Assembly (NCBI GenBank): GCA_048882325.1
Contig: JBHLRS010000014.1
Span: 1 to 64,000 of the forward strand
Source: Candidatus Thorarchaeota archaeon
Lineage (GTDB): Archaea; Asgardarchaeota; Thorarchaeia; Thorarchaeales; Thorarchaeaceae
DNA length: 64,000 bases
Direction of reading: 5' to 3'
Position numbers and translations under genes: made by a program
Part shown: one piece after another, positions 27,078-39,331 of the stretch
Position numbering within the stretch: the stretch's first letter is position 1
How the letters are laid out: every line of letters starts with the position of its first letter
The notes under the pieces: model-generated
What the model was told of the DNA's origin: nothing
Database searches by the model: none
Seen by the model: the letters and a program-made list of their open reading frames with translations, nothing else

Positions 27078-27944
27078 ATGGACCAATCAGTGGTGTCCCG
27101 CGTGATCTACAAGGAAACCAAGTATATCGGATTTGATGGAACTAGGATGTTCATGGCGCTATGGCGTCCAGATGATGACAAACCAAAGGCACTGGTAATA
27201 GCACTTCATGGTCTTGGTGGTCATGCAGGAGATATGAAAAGCATAGGTGAGTATCTCGCTGACAAGGGCATCGCAGTTTTTGCGCCAGACCAACGAGGTT
27301 TCGGTCATTTTTCAGGAACTAAGGGACATGTAATGAGTTTCGAGGAGTATGTAGAGGATATTCAAAATCTTGTGATGCAAGTGAAGGACATATATCTCAA
27401 CAGTATCATGTATCTCTTAGGATCTTCAATGGGGGCAATCAATGCGATCCACTACGTACTTAGATATCCTAGAACAGTTGACGGTCTACTTCTTCAATCG
27501 CCTGGTGTTAGCACAAGGGTGGAGATTGGAGCAGGGATGATGACAGGAGCAAAACTCCTGTCAGCATTAAATGTCAAGCGATATTTTGCTATGAACCCTG
27601 ACTACACAGAATTGTCACGGAGTCCTGAGAATGTGAACCGCCTTGAATCAGATCCTTTACGATTTGATCGCGTCACCGCTCGATTTGCAATGGAGATGCT
27701 GAAGGCTTCAAAAGACGCTTTTGCCTCAGCCTCTCGAATCGTGCTTCCTGTTCTTTTACAGCAGGCAGGTGATGACAAAGCAGTGATTCCTGAGAAGAAC
27801 AGAGAGTTCTTTGACAATTTGAGTTCAAAGGACAAGACATGGTATCTTTATGAAGGTCTATATCACCGAATCCACGAGGAACCTGAAAAGGATCGTGTAC
27901 TTGGAGACCTCGATGGGTGGCTTGACAAACGTCTTCCCGGCTAG
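27078..27944 (+). CDS. alpha/beta hydrolase (lysophospholipase/monoglyceride lipase family)
   Basis: HGLGGH, DQRGFGH, GSSMG nucleophile, GDDKAV, YHRIHEE. Confidence 0.9.
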   Translation: MDQSVVSRVIYKETKYIGFDGTRMFMALWRPDDDKPKALVIALHGLGGHAGDMKSIGEYLADKGIAVFAPDQRGFGHFSGTKGHVMSFEEYVEDIQNLVMQVKDIYLNSIMYLLGSSMGAINAIHYVLRYPRTVDGLLLQSPGVSTRVEIGAGMMTGAKLLSALNVKRYFAMNPDYTELSRSPENVNRLESDPLRFDRVTARFAMEMLKASKDAFASASRIVLPVLLQQAGDDKAVIPEKNREFFDNLSSKDKTWYLYEGLYHRIHEEPEKDRVLGDLDGWLDKRLPG

Positions 27945-27946
27945 GT

Positions 27947-30757
27947 CTACTCATTTATGTCTCTCTTGCGAGAATGTCCAAAGATTATGTGGGGAGGAAT
28001 CAATAACGCAGGTATGCATGTCAATAGAATAATCACCCAATCAAGTGGATTTAGTGGAACGGTCTGGAATATAACAGCCATTGGTGGGAAATAGATTGTA
28101 AGCAGTGTGAGGAGTAGAGACAATATTACAGCACCCATAAGGACTTTCGAGCCACGAATCTCAGTCCTCCAGATGGGATGGTACTCATCCCGGCAGTTCC
28201 AGACGAACAAGAGTTCAAAACACACAACACTGGCAAACACAGCAGTTCTTCCGTGAGTAAGAACATAATCCCAAGGAGCACTCTGCCAATCTACAGGAGC
28301 GAGCTGGGGACCAGTAAGTCCAGGAATCCATCCACCATATGCCCAAAGAGACCACATGAAGACTGTAACCGATGCAACGAATGCGACAAATCCTGCAGTG
28401 ATTATGAATCCAATCATTCCCCGATCCATCATCTTTGCGCCTGGTTTTCGAGGGGGCCGATCCATTACTCCGCTTTCTGGAGGGTCTACTCCCAAAGCTA
28501 AAGCAGGGAATCCATCTGTCGCTAAATTAAGCCATAGTATCTGTATCGCAGTAATTGGTAATGGAAGTCCAAGCATGATTATTGTGAAAATGAGAAAGAC
28601 TTCATCGAAGTTTGCTGCAAGTAAGAATCGGACAAACTTTCTGATGTTCGAATAGATCTCTCGCCCTTTTTCAACTGCTGAAACGATCGTGGCAAAGTTG
28701 TCGTCGGTGAGAATGACATCTGATGCTTCCTTTGTGACATCAGCGCCTCTAATGCCCATTGCGATTCCTACATCAGCTTTCTTTATAGCTGGAGCATCGT
28801 TAACACCATCCCCAGTCATAGCTACGACCTGAGAGTTGTGTTTCAGTGCCCTCACTATCTCCAATTTATGCTCTGGAGCGACTCGTGCGAACACATTACA
28901 TCGCTGAACAGCTTGTTTGTATTCAGCAGGAGACATGTCGTCCAGATCAGCTCCAGTGAGAACCTCACCATCAGCCTCGATCAATCCTACATCACGTGCA
29001 ATGGCACGGGCTGTGAGTTGGTGGTCACCAGTAATCATGATGGGACGAATTCCAGCGACCGTGCAAATCCGCATTGCTTCGCGAACCTCATCACGTGGAG
29101 GGTCAATCATTCCAATCAGACCAACAAAGATGAGGTTGCGCTCGACCTTTTCAGGCTCCCAGCCAGGAATCTCATGGTCGAGTGGACGATATGCAAAAGC
29201 TAGTACTCTCAAAGCACCTTCGGCGAATCCAGCATTAATCTCGATGATGTTCTCACGTTCGTCCTGGGTTAACTCTCTGATGTCATCATTCTCATAGATA
29301 TGTGTACAGAGGGGTAGCAGGACTTCAGGGGCGCCTTTCGCGTTGGCGACAAGATTTCCGTCCTCATCCCGTACAATTGAGGTCATTCGTTTTCTTGCTG
29401 AGTCAAAAGATATCTCTGTGATCTCGGTGTTTCTGTCTAGTGTTTCTTGATGTGGAAATCCAGCTTTCTCAGCGAGAACAAGTAATGCACCTTCAGTGGG
29501 ATCACCCACTACACTCCAGTCAGATTTTCCTGAAGGATCATCTTGTAGGATTGAGTTTGTGCATAACTGTCCAACCTCTAGAAGTTTGACAACATGAGGG
29601 TCTCCAATGACATCATAGTCTTCACTAGCTCGGGTGAACTTTCCGGATTTGCAATACCCCACACCTGTCACTGAAATTGTCATTCCATTGACAAACATCG
29701 TAGTTGCAGTCATCTCGTTCTTTGTGATTGTGCCTGTCTTGTCAGAACAAATGATAGTTGTAGAGCCAAGTGTTTCCACAGAAGGTAATCTACGTACAAT
29801 CGCGTTACGTGCTACCATTCGTTGCACACCAATAGCCAGTGTGATTGTCACAACCGCAGGCAATCCCTCAGGAATTGCTGAAACAGCAAGCGCAATTGCA
29901 GCGAGAAGGGCTTCCATGATTGTTTCAGCAGCATGTTCCCAAACCTCAGCTCCGAACACAATGATACAGAGAACTATGATTAACACACCTAGTTTTTTCC
30001 CGAGATCCTCAAGGTCTAGTTGCAGAGGAGTCATTGCTTTCTCACTGCTTTGGACAAGCTCTGCAATCTTTCCGAATTGGGTTTTCATACCCGTCGCAGT
30101 GACAAGTGCTTGACCTTTACCTGAGGTAATTGAAGTCCCTTGAAAGACCATGTTCTTCATGTCACCGACAACAGGGGTCCGAAGATGAATGGGATCAACA
30201 AGTTTTCTTACAGAGATAGATTCGCCAGTAAGTGGAGCTTCATCAGCAGATAGTCCTACGGCATAGGAAACTCTGCTATCGGCGGGAATTCGATCACCAG
30301 CTTCAAATCCAATCAAGTCACCTGGGACTATTTCGCGAGAGTCAATTACTGTCCAGAGACCGTCTCGTTTAACTCGTGCCTTGGGTGCAGCCATCTCCTT
30401 CAACGCTTCAAGGGCTTTCTCAGACCTATACTCCTGAACAAAGCCAAAGATGGCATTGAAGATTACAATAGCGGATATGACAACAGCATCAATCAGACCC
30501 GCTTCATGATCACCATTACCTGATGACAGAACAGTTGTGAGAAGAGAAATCATGATAGCTATGAGTAGTATGATCACCATAGGGTCCATGAACTGTTGAA
30601 GGAACATTCGTAAAGGATTAATACCTCCAGTCGCAACCAGTTCATTTGCTCCGTATTTGTCCAAGCGCGTTTCTGCTTCAGCACTTGTGAGACCCTCGGG
30701 CGTTGATTCAAGACGTCGAATAACGTGTTCGATGTCGTTACTATACCACTCCGTCAT
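27947..30757 (-). CDS. cation-transporting P-type ATPase (P2A, Ca2+-type)
   Basis: [38 protein letters not shown]. Confidence 0.95.
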   Translation of the reverse strand: MTEWYSNDIEHVIRRLESTPEGLTSAEAETRLDKYGANELVATGGINPLRMFLQQFMDPMVIILLIAIMISLLTTVLSSGNGDHEAGLIDAVVISAIVIFNAIFGFVQEYRSEKALEALKEMAAPKARVKRDGLWTVIDSREIVPGDLIGFEAGDRIPADSRVSYAVGLSADEAPLTGESISVRKLVDPIHLRTPVVGDMKNMVFQGTSITSGKGQALVTATGMKTQFGKIAELVQSSEKAMTPLQLDLEDLGKKLGVLIIVLCIIVFGAEVWEHAAETIMEALLAAIALAVSAIPEGLPAVVTITLAIGVQRMVARNAIVRRLPSVETLGSTTIICSDKTGTITKNEMTATTMFVNGMTISVTGVGYCKSGKFTRASEDYDVIGDPHVVKLLEVGQLCTNSILQDDPSGKSDWSVVGDPTEGALLVLAEKAGFPHQETLDRNTEITEISFDSARKRMTSIVRDEDGNLVANAKGAPEVLLPLCTHIYENDDIRELTQDERENIIEINAGFAEGALRVLAFAYRPLDHEIPGWEPEKVERNLIFVGLIGMIDPPRDEVREAMRICTVAGIRPIMITGDHQLTARAIARDVGLIEADGEVLTGADLDDMSPAEYKQAVQRCNVFARVAPEHKLEIVRALKHNSQVVAMTGDGVNDAPAIKKADVGIAMGIRGADVTKEASDVILTDDNFATIVSAVEKGREIYSNIRKFVRFLLAANFDEVFLIFTIIMLGLPLPITAIQILWLNLATDGFPALALGVDPPESGVMDRPPRKPGAKMMDRGMIGFIITAGFVAFVASVTVFMWSLWAYGGWIPGLTGPQLAPVDWQSAPWDYVLTHGRTAVFASVVCFELLFVWNCRDEYHPIWRTEIRGSKVLMGAVILSLLLTLLTIYFPPMAVIFQTVPLNPLDWVIILLTCIPALLIPPHIIFGHSRKRDINE

Positions 30758-30898
30758 TTTGAATACTCCGAGTTAAAAGACACTCGACTCTGAGATAATT
30801 AGAGAGCCGATTTTGATTGAACAAAAACCTATCGAAGACGGAAAAAGCTGTTTCGAAAATGTTAAAGAGATGAAGAAAAGAAGCGGCTTACTGCACCA

Positions 30899-31546
30899 AT
30901 GGTGAAGAGCATGTCTGAGAAATCAAAGTATAATTTCAAATGTCTAGAGGCGAAGTGTGAAACAAAAGCTTGTCATATTCGACCCAAGGTCATTGTCACA
31001 ATCAGCGATCTTGGAAGATGGATGTCACAAGGATACATAATGAACATTCTCCCGGGCATCACTATTCATATGCCAGAATCAGAAACTGATTCCTTCTACT
31101 TTGAAACAGCTCGAAAACCCTTGGAGAGTGATTCCGAAATAACTGCTTGTATCTTTTACAATGAACAAGCAAACGCATGTGAAATCAGATACAGCAGGCC
31201 AATCTCCTGTCAGACATTTCCACTTGAATACAATGGTGAGAAGTATTTCTTGAGCAGTAAAGACTGCCCTGGTGTTGGTCAAGGTGAAGTTAGCAAAGAG
31301 GCACTTCAAGAGGCAAGAAAACTAGCTGAGCAGGAGTTCAATGAACGTATAGAATCCACTGCAGCGTTACCAGCCATCTATTCAGTCATGATGAATCAGA
31401 TACTACGTCAGTCAGCTGAGGCCATGCAGAATCTCTCTGAAGAAGATCGTAAAAAGATGGATGAGATTTTAGCAAAGTCAAGGACTGAAGTTCCAGGTGA
31501 GGACACTCCACCTACTGATCAATCTGAAGAAGATCACGAGCCATGA
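30899..31546 (+). CDS. YkgJ-like cysteine-cluster (Fe-S/Zn) protein
   Basis: C..C...C, CIFY...C.I...RP.SC.TFP, CPGVG. Confidence 0.75.
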   Translation: MVKSMSEKSKYNFKCLEAKCETKACHIRPKVIVTISDLGRWMSQGYIMNILPGITIHMPESETDSFYFETARKPLESDSEITACIFYNEQANACEIRYSRPISCQTFPLEYNGEKYFLSSKDCPGVGQGEVSKEALQEARKLAEQEFNERIESTAALPAIYSVMMNQILRQSAEAMQNLSEEDRKKMDEILAKSRTEVPGEDTPPTDQSEEDHEP

Positions 31547-32621
31547 AAGTGAGTAGTTCAGGCCCATCATCACGGATACATACCAGGTCTTCAATTCGAA
31601 TTCCTAACTTGCCTTCTAAATAGATACCCGGTTCAATACTGTGACACATCCCGGATTTTAATTCCTCAGTGTTTCCTCTGACTACATAAGGAGGTTCATG
31701 AACCTCGAGTCCAATCCCATGACCTAAGCGATGCGTGAAGTAATCCCCAAAACCAGCCTCATCTATCACTCGACGAGCAAGTCCATCCGCTGTTCCACAT
31801 GCCATACCGGGAACAATGTTTTCCTCAGCAGTTTCAACCGCGTGAAGAACTGTGGAGTAAACACGTTCAAGCTCTTCAGTAGGAGAGCCTACCACACCTA
31901 CACGAGTCATATCAGTATTATAACCATCTATAGTGCAACCGCAATCCATGAGAACTATGTCTCCTCTCTTCAACACTCTATTTCCAGGAGCAGCATGAGG
32001 TAATGCGCTGTTCTCACCGAACTGGATTGCTGCAAATGTTGGTTTAGCACCTTGAAGTCGAATCTCTTTGTGAACTAGGTCCTGAACATCAAGCTCAGTC
32101 ATCCCAACTTGTGCATTCTGGAACGCCTTAAGTACAGCATCATTGATGATATGGCCTGCTTTTTTCATCAATTCTATTTCTTTGTCAGACTTGGTGATTC
32201 GCATAGAATCAATCATTGGTGTCAACGATGAAGATTTCGTGAAACCTCCAACAGCCCGTTTCAGCTTCCAATATACACCCAAGGGAGTGCTTGCATCAAA
32301 CAAAACCGAATAGCCCTCACTCTTCTCACCCAAGCGACTAGCAACAACTGCGAATGGGTCTTCATCCTCCGCCCAAGGGACAATATCCTCGATCCATGTA
32401 TGAGCTCTGTGATCAGACACCTCAAAGGCTGGGGCAATGATTTGCGGGGTCGAGTCCTTTACAATTAATAGTGCAATCAATCGTTCATGCATTTCATAAG
32501 CCAATCCAGCTAGATATTGAAAACTAGCAGAGGGCGTTAGAAAAGCGAAGTCAGCATCGACTGAGTTCAATAGGTGCTGTACTTGTGCAATCCGATCTTT
32601 GTAAATGGATTCATCGAGCAT
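31512..32621 (-). CDS. Xaa-Pro aminopeptidase/dipeptidase (M24B)
   Basis: SALPH, DCG..GYNTDMTR, HRLGHGIGLEVHE, SIEPGIY, RIED. Confidence 0.95.
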   Translation of the reverse strand: MLDESIYKDRIAQVQHLLNSVDADFAFLTPSASFQYLAGLAYEMHERLIALLIVKDSTPQIIAPAFEVSDHRAHTWIEDIVPWAEDEDPFAVVASRLGEKSEGYSVLFDASTPLGVYWKLKRAVGGFTKSSSLTPMIDSMRITKSDKEIELMKKAGHIINDAVLKAFQNAQVGMTELDVQDLVHKEIRLQGAKPTFAAIQFGENSALPHAAPGNRVLKRGDIVLMDCGCTIDGYNTDMTRVGVVGSPTEELERVYSTVLHAVETAEENIVPGMACGTADGLARRVIDEAGFGDYFTHRLGHGIGLEVHEPPYVVRGNTEELKSGMCHSIEPGIYLEGKLGIRIEDLVCIRDDGPELLTFMARDLLQIDQ

Positions 32622-32742
32622 AGACTAGCTCTCACAACCTGATGGATAATACAAATCCCTGTACATAATACTGACGGTTAAGACAAGACTGGATGAAGGA
32701 ACTACAGTTAATAGGAGGTCGAAGCGCCTCCGAACTACAACA

Positions 32743-34125
32743 ATGACTGAGTCAGAATCAAAGACTGAGAGTCCTACAATAAGGAGGCTCCCGGCACGAG
32801 CTTATCTAGTTGGGGCACTGACTCAGTTTGGAGTAGGTCTTCATGCACCATTTCTTGTTGCTTACTTGATTGACATGCAAGGGGCTCTTAATTACACCAA
32901 TTATGCGGAAATTGGAGCTTTCAGAAGTGTCGGAAATGTGGGAAACACCGTTCTTCAGCCTATTTGGGGTGCAACATCTGATAGGGTGAGAACAGCAAAA
33001 TCATTCGTTGCATTTGGACTGATGTCTGGGCTTTTGGTAGTCTACATGTTTCTTTGGGCTGCAACACCAATTGAGATGATTATCCTCTATGCAATTCAAT
33101 CAATTCTTTTCAGTATTCAAATACCAACCTGGCTATCCCTCATTGGAGGTCTAATGGATGAGAGTAATAGAGGGGATGAACTTGGAAAGCTGGGACTTGT
33201 GACAAACATCGCTTCCTTGATAGCAACAATGATTTCAGGATTTATCGCAGTATTACCAACGTTAGTGCCTTTTCTCAGACACCTGTTTGGCAATCTAGGA
33301 CCAGTTTTGTTTCCATTCCAATTAGATGAACAGGCTTTCAGAGAGATGTATTATGGTCCATTCTTTTTTACTGCCATCATAGGCATAATCTCTTCTCTTC
33401 TATCAATGACGATAAAGGAGAATCCGAGGTCTCATGATGGGCCAAGGAAATTTCCACCTATCCATAGATTGTTGTCACAACCAGGGGACTTTCGGAGATT
33501 CTGTTTCATCGCTGTTTTCTTCTCTTTCTCAATGTCAATGGCTTGGCCCTATTTCATTGTGGTTCAAAAGGACTGGTTCTATAGTACCAATCTTGAGATA
33601 GCTATAGCGTCTGCATTAATGACATTTTCAACGATTGTATTCACAATCCCATTCGGTAGGTTGAGTGATAAGGTGGGACGAAAACCATTAATTCTACTGG
33701 GAAGGGGCCTACTGTTTCTAGTTCCAGTCATGTATGCATTCGCTCAGAACCTGTACCATGTCTATGCTGCGAACATACTCGCTGGTATTTGCATCGCATC
33801 AGGAATGAATGCGATAACTGCGTATATCTACGACATCTCACCGGAGGAGGAGAGAGGGTCTCATCTTGCTGTGTATAATACATTCACAGGTATTGTTTAT
33901 CTCTTTGGATCATTTCTCGCAGGAATCTTGGGACAGGCAATCCTCATTGTTTTTGGAAGTGAGCATTTCTCCGTCTTCTTCATGCTTCTACTTAGCGGGG
34001 TCCTTAGATTCTTTGCATCATTCTTTTACCTATTAATACGTGAGCCAAGAAACTATTCGTCTACATTGTGGCTTGAGCTAAGGTCTCTCATTCCCTATCG
34101 AAGACATGACGCAGATACTGTCTAA
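32743..34125 (+). CDS. MFS transporter
   Basis: WGATSDR, FGRLSDKVGRK, about 12 TM helices. Confidence 0.9.
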   Translation: MTESESKTESPTIRRLPARAYLVGALTQFGVGLHAPFLVAYLIDMQGALNYTNYAEIGAFRSVGNVGNTVLQPIWGATSDRVRTAKSFVAFGLMSGLLVVYMFLWAATPIEMIILYAIQSILFSIQIPTWLSLIGGLMDESNRGDELGKLGLVTNIASLIATMISGFIAVLPTLVPFLRHLFGNLGPVLFPFQLDEQAFREMYYGPFFFTAIIGIISSLLSMTIKENPRSHDGPRKFPPIHRLLSQPGDFRRFCFIAVFFSFSMSMAWPYFIVVQKDWFYSTNLEIAIASALMTFSTIVFTIPFGRLSDKVGRKPLILLGRGLLFLVPVMYAFAQNLYHVYAANILAGICIASGMNAITAYIYDISPEEERGSHLAVYNTFTGIVYLFGSFLAGILGQAILIVFGSEHFSVFFMLLLSGVLRFFASFFYLLIREPRNYSSTLWLELRSLIPYRRHDADTV

Positions 34126-34164
34126 AACAGACATACTTAAGGAGATGTATTAGAATTCACTTGG

Positions 34165-34545
34165 TTGAACAAAAGAGAGGATTGTATAAGGTTGGAGAAA
34201 GCGCCCAGCTTTGAAGATAGTTGGAAGATAGAAATCAGGAGAGGTATTCTTCAATATGCAGTCCTTGCAATTGTTAATCGCCATGAGAAAGGAATTCACG
34301 GCTATGGCATCGCGCGTGAACTTGAGGAGCGAACAGATGGTTTGCTCCAAGTGAAAGAGGGAACACTGTATCCTATTCTGCATCGTCTTAAGAAAGAACG
34401 ATTATTGAATGTTCATACAGAAAAATCAGAATCAGGACCAAGGCGGAAAGTATACGTCCTAACAGGGGAAGGAGACCGCGTGTTTCGACAACTGACGTTA
34501 CTAGTTGGAGATATCTTTGAAAAACTGGAGGCTCTAAAGGAGTGA
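34165..34545 (+). CDS. PadR family transcriptional regulator
   Basis: RRGILQYAVL, HGYGI, EGTLYPILHRL, PRRKVYVLT. Confidence 0.92.
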   Translation: MNKREDCIRLEKAPSFEDSWKIEIRRGILQYAVLAIVNRHEKGIHGYGIARELEERTDGLLQVKEGTLYPILHRLKKERLLNVHTEKSESGPRRKVYVLTGEGDRVFRQLTLLVGDIFEKLEALKE

Positions 34546-34988
34546 GTAATGAAGAGATCGACATTGTAGTTGAGAACTACATGAAAAGGATAGCAAAACT
34601 GCTGCCAGACAGCTTTGAAACTGAAGATCTGTTGGAAGACCTGAAATCTCATATATATGAGTCATACAACGAGAAGGTTCTCAAAAGCCCTGATGTGAGC
34701 AAACAGGAAATTATCACCGAAGTGTTGGATGAACTTGGAACACCTCAAGAGATAGCAGAAGAATATGGGAAGGATCTGACTGAAGTAGAAAAAGGCAAGA
34801 GTTCAGCTGATAGGTGGATCTACTACACTATGCGCTTGATGCTCGCTATCCTAGTTGTAGTCTTGGCTTCGTGGATAGTTTCAATGGTCACAGAAGGTGC
34901 TGTTGACTTCATGTTAGCGGTTGTTGTCTTGCTGGCTTTTGCCGTCCTTGAGTGGTTGGTAAGAACTCAACAGACAAAGGATGCATGA
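34542..34988 (+). CDS. HAAS/DUF1700-type membrane protein paired with PadR
   Basis: YM..I...L...EDLKSHI...LGTPQEIAEEY plus two TM helices. Confidence 0.75.
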   Translation: MSNEEIDIVVENYMKRIAKLLPDSFETEDLLEDLKSHIYESYNEKVLKSPDVSKQEIITEVLDELGTPQEIAEEYGKDLTEVEKGKSSADRWIYYTMRLMLAILVVVLASWIVSMVTEGAVDFMLAVVVLLAFAVLEWLVRTQQTKDA

Positions 34989-34991
34989 ACG

Positions 34992-35561
34992 ATGCAGGTT
35001 GATACACACTATTTCGATATAGCATCTCCAGAACATACAGAAAAAGTCCTCTCACTCGTGAAGCAGTTTCTCAATGATAACCCTGACATTGAACACATCG
35101 TTGTGGCAACAACTGAAGGTGCAACTGGAATTGCCGCAGCTAAGGAATTCCCTGACAAAAAAGTTGTAGTTGTGACTCATCAGACTGGTTTTGCAAAAGA
35201 GAACGAGAATGAACTCAGTGAGGAGAAGAGGGAGTATATAGAGTCACTCGGTGCCCATGTTCATACAGCCACACATGCATTTGCTGGTGTTGCGAGGAGT
35301 TTCAGAAAAGTGCTAAACACTTGGATGCCAACTGAGATAGTTGCAGTGGGCCTCAAGACATTCGGACAAGGAACGAAGGTCTGTGCAGAGATTGCGATGA
35401 TGGCGGCTGACGCTGGTCTTGCACCAGTTGACAGAGATGTAGTCTGCATAGGAGGAACCGGTAGAGGTGCTGATACAGCATGGGTCGTCAGACCAGCTAA
35501 TTCGCATGCTTTTCCAAGATTGAGAATGAAGGCATGCATATGCAAGCCTTTGGGGTTCTAG
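34992..35561 (+). CDS. stand-alone pyruvate kinase C-terminal-like (alpha/beta) domain protein
   Basis: [48 protein letters not shown]. Confidence 0.85.
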   Translation: MQVDTHYFDIASPEHTEKVLSLVKQFLNDNPDIEHIVVATTEGATGIAAAKEFPDKKVVVVTHQTGFAKENENELSEEKREYIESLGAHVHTATHAFAGVARSFRKVLNTWMPTEIVAVGLKTFGQGTKVCAEIAMMAADAGLAPVDRDVVCIGGTGRGADTAWVVRPANSHAFPRLRMKACICKPLGF

Positions 35562-36598
35562 TGGAAGACATCATCAAACTCAGATAGGTAGTCCTTCTGC
35601 TTTTTGCTGAGCTTTTGAGGTATGTGAATGTTCACCCGGACCAGTTGGTCCCCATTTCGCCCATCCTCAGTGTGAACGCCTTTACCCTTCATTCTGAAGA
35701 GTGTGCCGCCATCAGTTCCCTTGTTGATCCTGATCTTACTGTTCCCCCACATAGTTGGCACTTCAACCTCTCCTCCTAAGACTGCTATGGAGAAGGGTAT
35801 GTCAGTTTCCAAGTAGACATGAAGACCTCTCCTTACGAAAGACTGATGAGGTTCTACAGAGAACATCAGAATAAGATCACCAGGAGGTCCTCCTCGTCCT
35901 CCAAAGTTCCCACCACCCTGAATTCTTAATCCCTGACCGTCTTCTATGCCTGGAGGGATGGGTACGGTTGTTTCTTTGCGTTCATCTTGGAGACCTTGAC
36001 CTCTACATTTAGGACATGGTGAGTCAATTGATTCCCCTAATCCACGACACGTAGGACATGTCTGGGCTACACTCATGAAACCGCCCATTGATCGGACCAC
36101 TTGTCCTCGCCCTCCGCAAGTACGACATTGCGTAGGTGAGGACCCAGGCTTTGCTCCACTTCCACTACATGTTTCGCATTTGACCTTCCGCCTAAAAGCG
36201 ATCTCCCTTTCCGTTCCAAAGAACGCCTCTTCGAAACTAAGTGGTATTGTCATTCGTAGTGTTTGACCAGGAGGAGGTCCAGCTCTACCTCTACGACCAA
36301 ACCCCATGTCTCCAAAACCACCAAATCCTCGGAATATAGAACTGAAAATATCCCCAAAACTATCCATATTGATACCCTGGAAATCCGCAGTACCATACCG
36401 GTCATAGTTTGCACGTTTCTCAGAGTCACTCAAGACATCATATGCTTCGTTTATTCTCTTGAGTTTCTCTTCGGCACTTTTTTCAGGGTTGCGATCTGGA
36501 TGATACTCTTTGGCTAGACGGCGATATGCTTTCTTAATTTCATCCTGGGTTGCGCTACGGCTAACCCCTAGAATGTCATAGTAATCATCTTCAGCCAA
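35558..36598 (-). CDS. dnaJ: chaperone DnaJ
   Basis: J-domain HPD, G/F region, four CxxCxGxG repeats. Confidence 0.97.
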   Translation of the reverse strand: MAEDDYYDILGVSRSATQDEIKKAYRRLAKEYHPDRNPEKSAEEKLKRINEAYDVLSDSEKRANYDRYGTADFQGINMDSFGDIFSSIFRGFGGFGDMGFGRRGRAGPPPGQTLRMTIPLSFEEAFFGTEREIAFRRKVKCETCSGSGAKPGSSPTQCRTCGGRGQVVRSMGGFMSVAQTCPTCRGLGESIDSPCPKCRGQGLQDERKETTVPIPPGIEDGQGLRIQGGGNFGGRGGPPGDLILMFSVEPHQSFVRRGLHVYLETDIPFSIAVLGGEVEVPTMWGNSKIRINKGTDGGTLFRMKGKGVHTEDGRNGDQLVRVNIHIPQKLSKKQKDYLSEFDDVFH

Positions 36599-36621
36599 AG
36601 AGTATCACCTAACGTTTTGCC

Positions 36622-38511
36622 TTAATCGAGATCTTCGAAGTCTACATCCACAACTTCTTCCTCATCTTCTTGGGAATTCTGTTCTGGTGTCGAACCGGGT
36701 GCGCCAGCTCCTGCAAATTGACTTGGATCAAAGCCTGCGGCTCCAGGTCCTGTAGCTCCGGGCCCAGCACCACCATATACCTTCTCAGAAATCTTGTAGA
36801 TTATCTGTTGGAGTTCCTCAGTGCCAGTTTTCATCTTCTCCAAGTCATCTGTTTCTATGGCTCGTTGCAACTCTGCTGCTTTGGTCTCAAATTCCTTTTT
36901 CAAGTCTGCAGGGACTTTGTCTCCCAGGTCTTTGAGCATCTTCTCTCCTTGATAGATCATCTGATCAGCCATGTTACGTGTTTCAACTGCGTCTTGACGC
37001 TTGGCATCTTCCTCTGCATATTTTTCTGCATCTTTGATCATTCTGTTAATGTCTTCATCTGATATGTTTGTGCTAGCAGTTATAGTAATAGACTGTTCAT
37101 TACCAGTTGCAGTATCCTTTGCGGTCACATTGACTATACCATTTGCATCAATATCAAATGTCACCTCTATCTGTGGAGTTCCACGAGGTGCAGGAGGAAT
37201 ACCGACAAGTTGGAACCTTCCAAGAGTCATATTGTCTGCAGCCATTTTTCTCTCACCTTGCACAACGTGAATGTCAACAGCTGTTTGACCTGTAGCAGCA
37301 GTTGTGAATATCTTGCTTTTCCTTGTTGGAACAGTGGTGTTACGGTCTATGAGAGGGGTTGCTATGCCACCTAAGGTTTCGATACTGAGTGTAAGTGGAG
37401 TCACATCAAGCAGAAGAATATCCTTTACATCTCCTGAAAGAACTCCGGCCTGCGCAGCAGCACCCAGAGCTACGCATTCATCTGGATTGATACTCTTGTC
37501 GCCTTCCTTACCAAACAGGTCGCGGATGACCTTCTGAATCATTGGCATTCTGGTCGCACCACCAACAAGCAGAATCTTGTTAATTTGCTCCGGCTCAAGT
37601 TTGGCATCGCTAAGTGCTTGGCGGATTGGACCAACAGTGTCATCAACAAGATCATCTGTCATCTTCTCGAATTGAGAACGTGAAAGATCCAAATTGAGAT
37701 GTTTGGGTCCACTCTCATCAGCAGTGATGTATGGAAGATTGATGTTTGTCTGCATCACAGTTGAGAGTTCAATCTTGGCTTGTTCTGCAGCATCACGTAC
37801 ACGTTGCATCGCGGAGAGATCCTTAGACAAGTCAACACCGGTCTGATTCTTGAACTCGTCTACCATCCAGTCGATGACTCGCTTATCCCAATCATCACCT
37901 CCAAGTTGTGTATTACCACTTGTAGATAGTACCTCGTAAACAACTTCTCCATCTACCTCACCGATGTCCAGAATTGAAACGTCAAATGTTCCACCACCTA
38001 GGTCGTACACTAGAGTCTTGACTTCCTTGCTCTTGTCAAGTCCATATGCCAAAGCGGAAGCAGTTGGTTCATTTACGATTCTGTCAACTTCAAAACCAGC
38101 AATTCTTCCCGCATCTCTAGTAGCCTGCCTTTGACTGTCATTGAAATACGCAGGTACTGTTATGACTGCTTTTTCAATGGACTCACCAAGAAACGCCTCA
38201 GCATCTTTCTTCATCTTGGTCAATATCATTGCGGAAATCTCTTGGGGAGTGTATTCCTTGTCACCAATCTTGACTGTGTAATCCTGTCCCATCCTTCGTT
38301 TAATTGAGCGCACAGTTCGCTCAGGCATTGAAACAGCTTGTCGCTTAGCAAGCTCTCCCACTATAATTTCGCCTTTGGGCGTGATACCAACAACAGAGGG
38401 AGTTAGCCGCTTTCCTTCAGCATTTGGTATAATGGTTGGTTTTCCACCCTCCATATACGCAATGCCAGAGTTGGTAGTCCCTAGATCAATTCCTACAATC
38501 TTACCTGCCAT
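36622..38511 (-). CDS. dnaK: chaperone DnaK (Hsp70)
   Basis: [32 protein letters not shown]. Confidence 0.98.
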   Translation of the reverse strand: MAGKIVGIDLGTTNSGIAYMEGGKPTIIPNAEGKRLTPSVVGITPKGEIIVGELAKRQAVSMPERTVRSIKRRMGQDYTVKIGDKEYTPQEISAMILTKMKKDAEAFLGESIEKAVITVPAYFNDSQRQATRDAGRIAGFEVDRIVNEPTASALAYGLDKSKEVKTLVYDLGGGTFDVSILDIGEVDGEVVYEVLSTSGNTQLGGDDWDKRVIDWMVDEFKNQTGVDLSKDLSAMQRVRDAAEQAKIELSTVMQTNINLPYITADESGPKHLNLDLSRSQFEKMTDDLVDDTVGPIRQALSDAKLEPEQINKILLVGGATRMPMIQKVIRDLFGKEGDKSINPDECVALGAAAQAGVLSGDVKDILLLDVTPLTLSIETLGGIATPLIDRNTTVPTRKSKIFTTAATGQTAVDIHVVQGERKMAADNMTLGRFQLVGIPPAPRGTPQIEVTFDIDANGIVNVTAKDTATGNEQSITITASTNISDEDINRMIKDAEKYAEEDAKRQDAVETRNMADQMIYQGEKMLKDLGDKVPADLKKEFETKAAELQRAIETDDLEKMKTGTEELQQIIYKISEKVYGGAGPGATGPGAAGFDPSQFAGAGAPGSTPEQNSQEDEEEVVDVDFEDLD

Positions 38512-39131
38512 TATTTTTCACCATCTTTATCTGAATCGTCTTTTTTGTCTTCTTCATTATTTGATTCGACAGTAGTGTCCTCGTGCCGATTCACACAGAC
38601 TACCGCAGGACGTAAAACCTTCTCTTTGAGCATATAACCTCGTTGAAACTCCTCAAGTATCACACCATCAGGTTTCTCTGGATCATACATTCTCTGCACT
38701 GCATGTTGATAGTATGGATCGAACTCCAGTCCGACTGACTCAATTGGACGGACTCCTTCCGAAGACAGCATCTTTTCAAATTGCTGCTGAATTGCACTAA
38801 TACCATCCTTAGCTGCCTTTGGATCCTTCACAAAGTCCATCTCAATTGCTCGTAGGAGATTATCATAGACGTCAATGACTTTCAGAAGAATGTCTTCACT
38901 TGCGAATTTGGCTACATCGGAAAACCTGGCATCCATGCGTTTTCGATAATTATCAAACTCAGCTTGTAATCTCTGGAGTCTATCTAAGAGGTCTTTTGAC
39001 TTTTTACACTCCTCATCAATTTGAGAATACAGTGGATCTTCGGGAGAGATCTCAAAGATATCCTCATCCTCGACATCATCATCCGAGAGGTCTATCTCAA
39101 TGTCCGGATCCATCTTCTCATCTTTGTGCAT
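38511..39131 (-). CDS. grpE: nucleotide exchange factor GrpE
   Basis: [33 protein letters not shown]. Start is 39131 or 39113. Confidence 0.95.
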   Translation of the reverse strand: MHKDEKMDPDIEIDLSDDDVEDEDIFEISPEDPLYSQIDEECKKSKDLLDRLQRLQAEFDNYRKRMDARFSDVAKFASEDILLKVIDVYDNLLRAIEMDFVKDPKAAKDGISAIQQQFEKMLSSEGVRPIESVGLEFDPYYQHAVQRMYDPEKPDGVILEEFQRGYMLKEKVLRPAVVCVNRHEDTTVESNNEEDKKDDSDKDGEK

Positions 39132-39331
39132 TACGGGGTCACACTGCCTATTCGTAGTAATCACTGACCAACAAACCATTTAGAAAGGGATCGTAAGTAG
39201 GGCACTGATTTGAACATTCAGCTCCCCTTGGTGACTCGGGCGAAACCTCTGTTAAACATAGAAAAACTTTTCGACGAGGCAAATTTGAGACCGAAAACAA
39301 CATCTAGGGGATTCTATCAAGTTCAGATGAC

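Noticed and set aside
31512-31546. 35-bp convergent overlap of the YkgJ-like and M24 genes
   Set aside because: Short tail-to-tail overlaps are common throughout this compact window.
39180-39331. CIRCE element or RNA gene upstream of grpE
   Set aside because: No TTAGCACTC-N9-GAGTGCTAA and no tRNA cloverleaf could be recognised.
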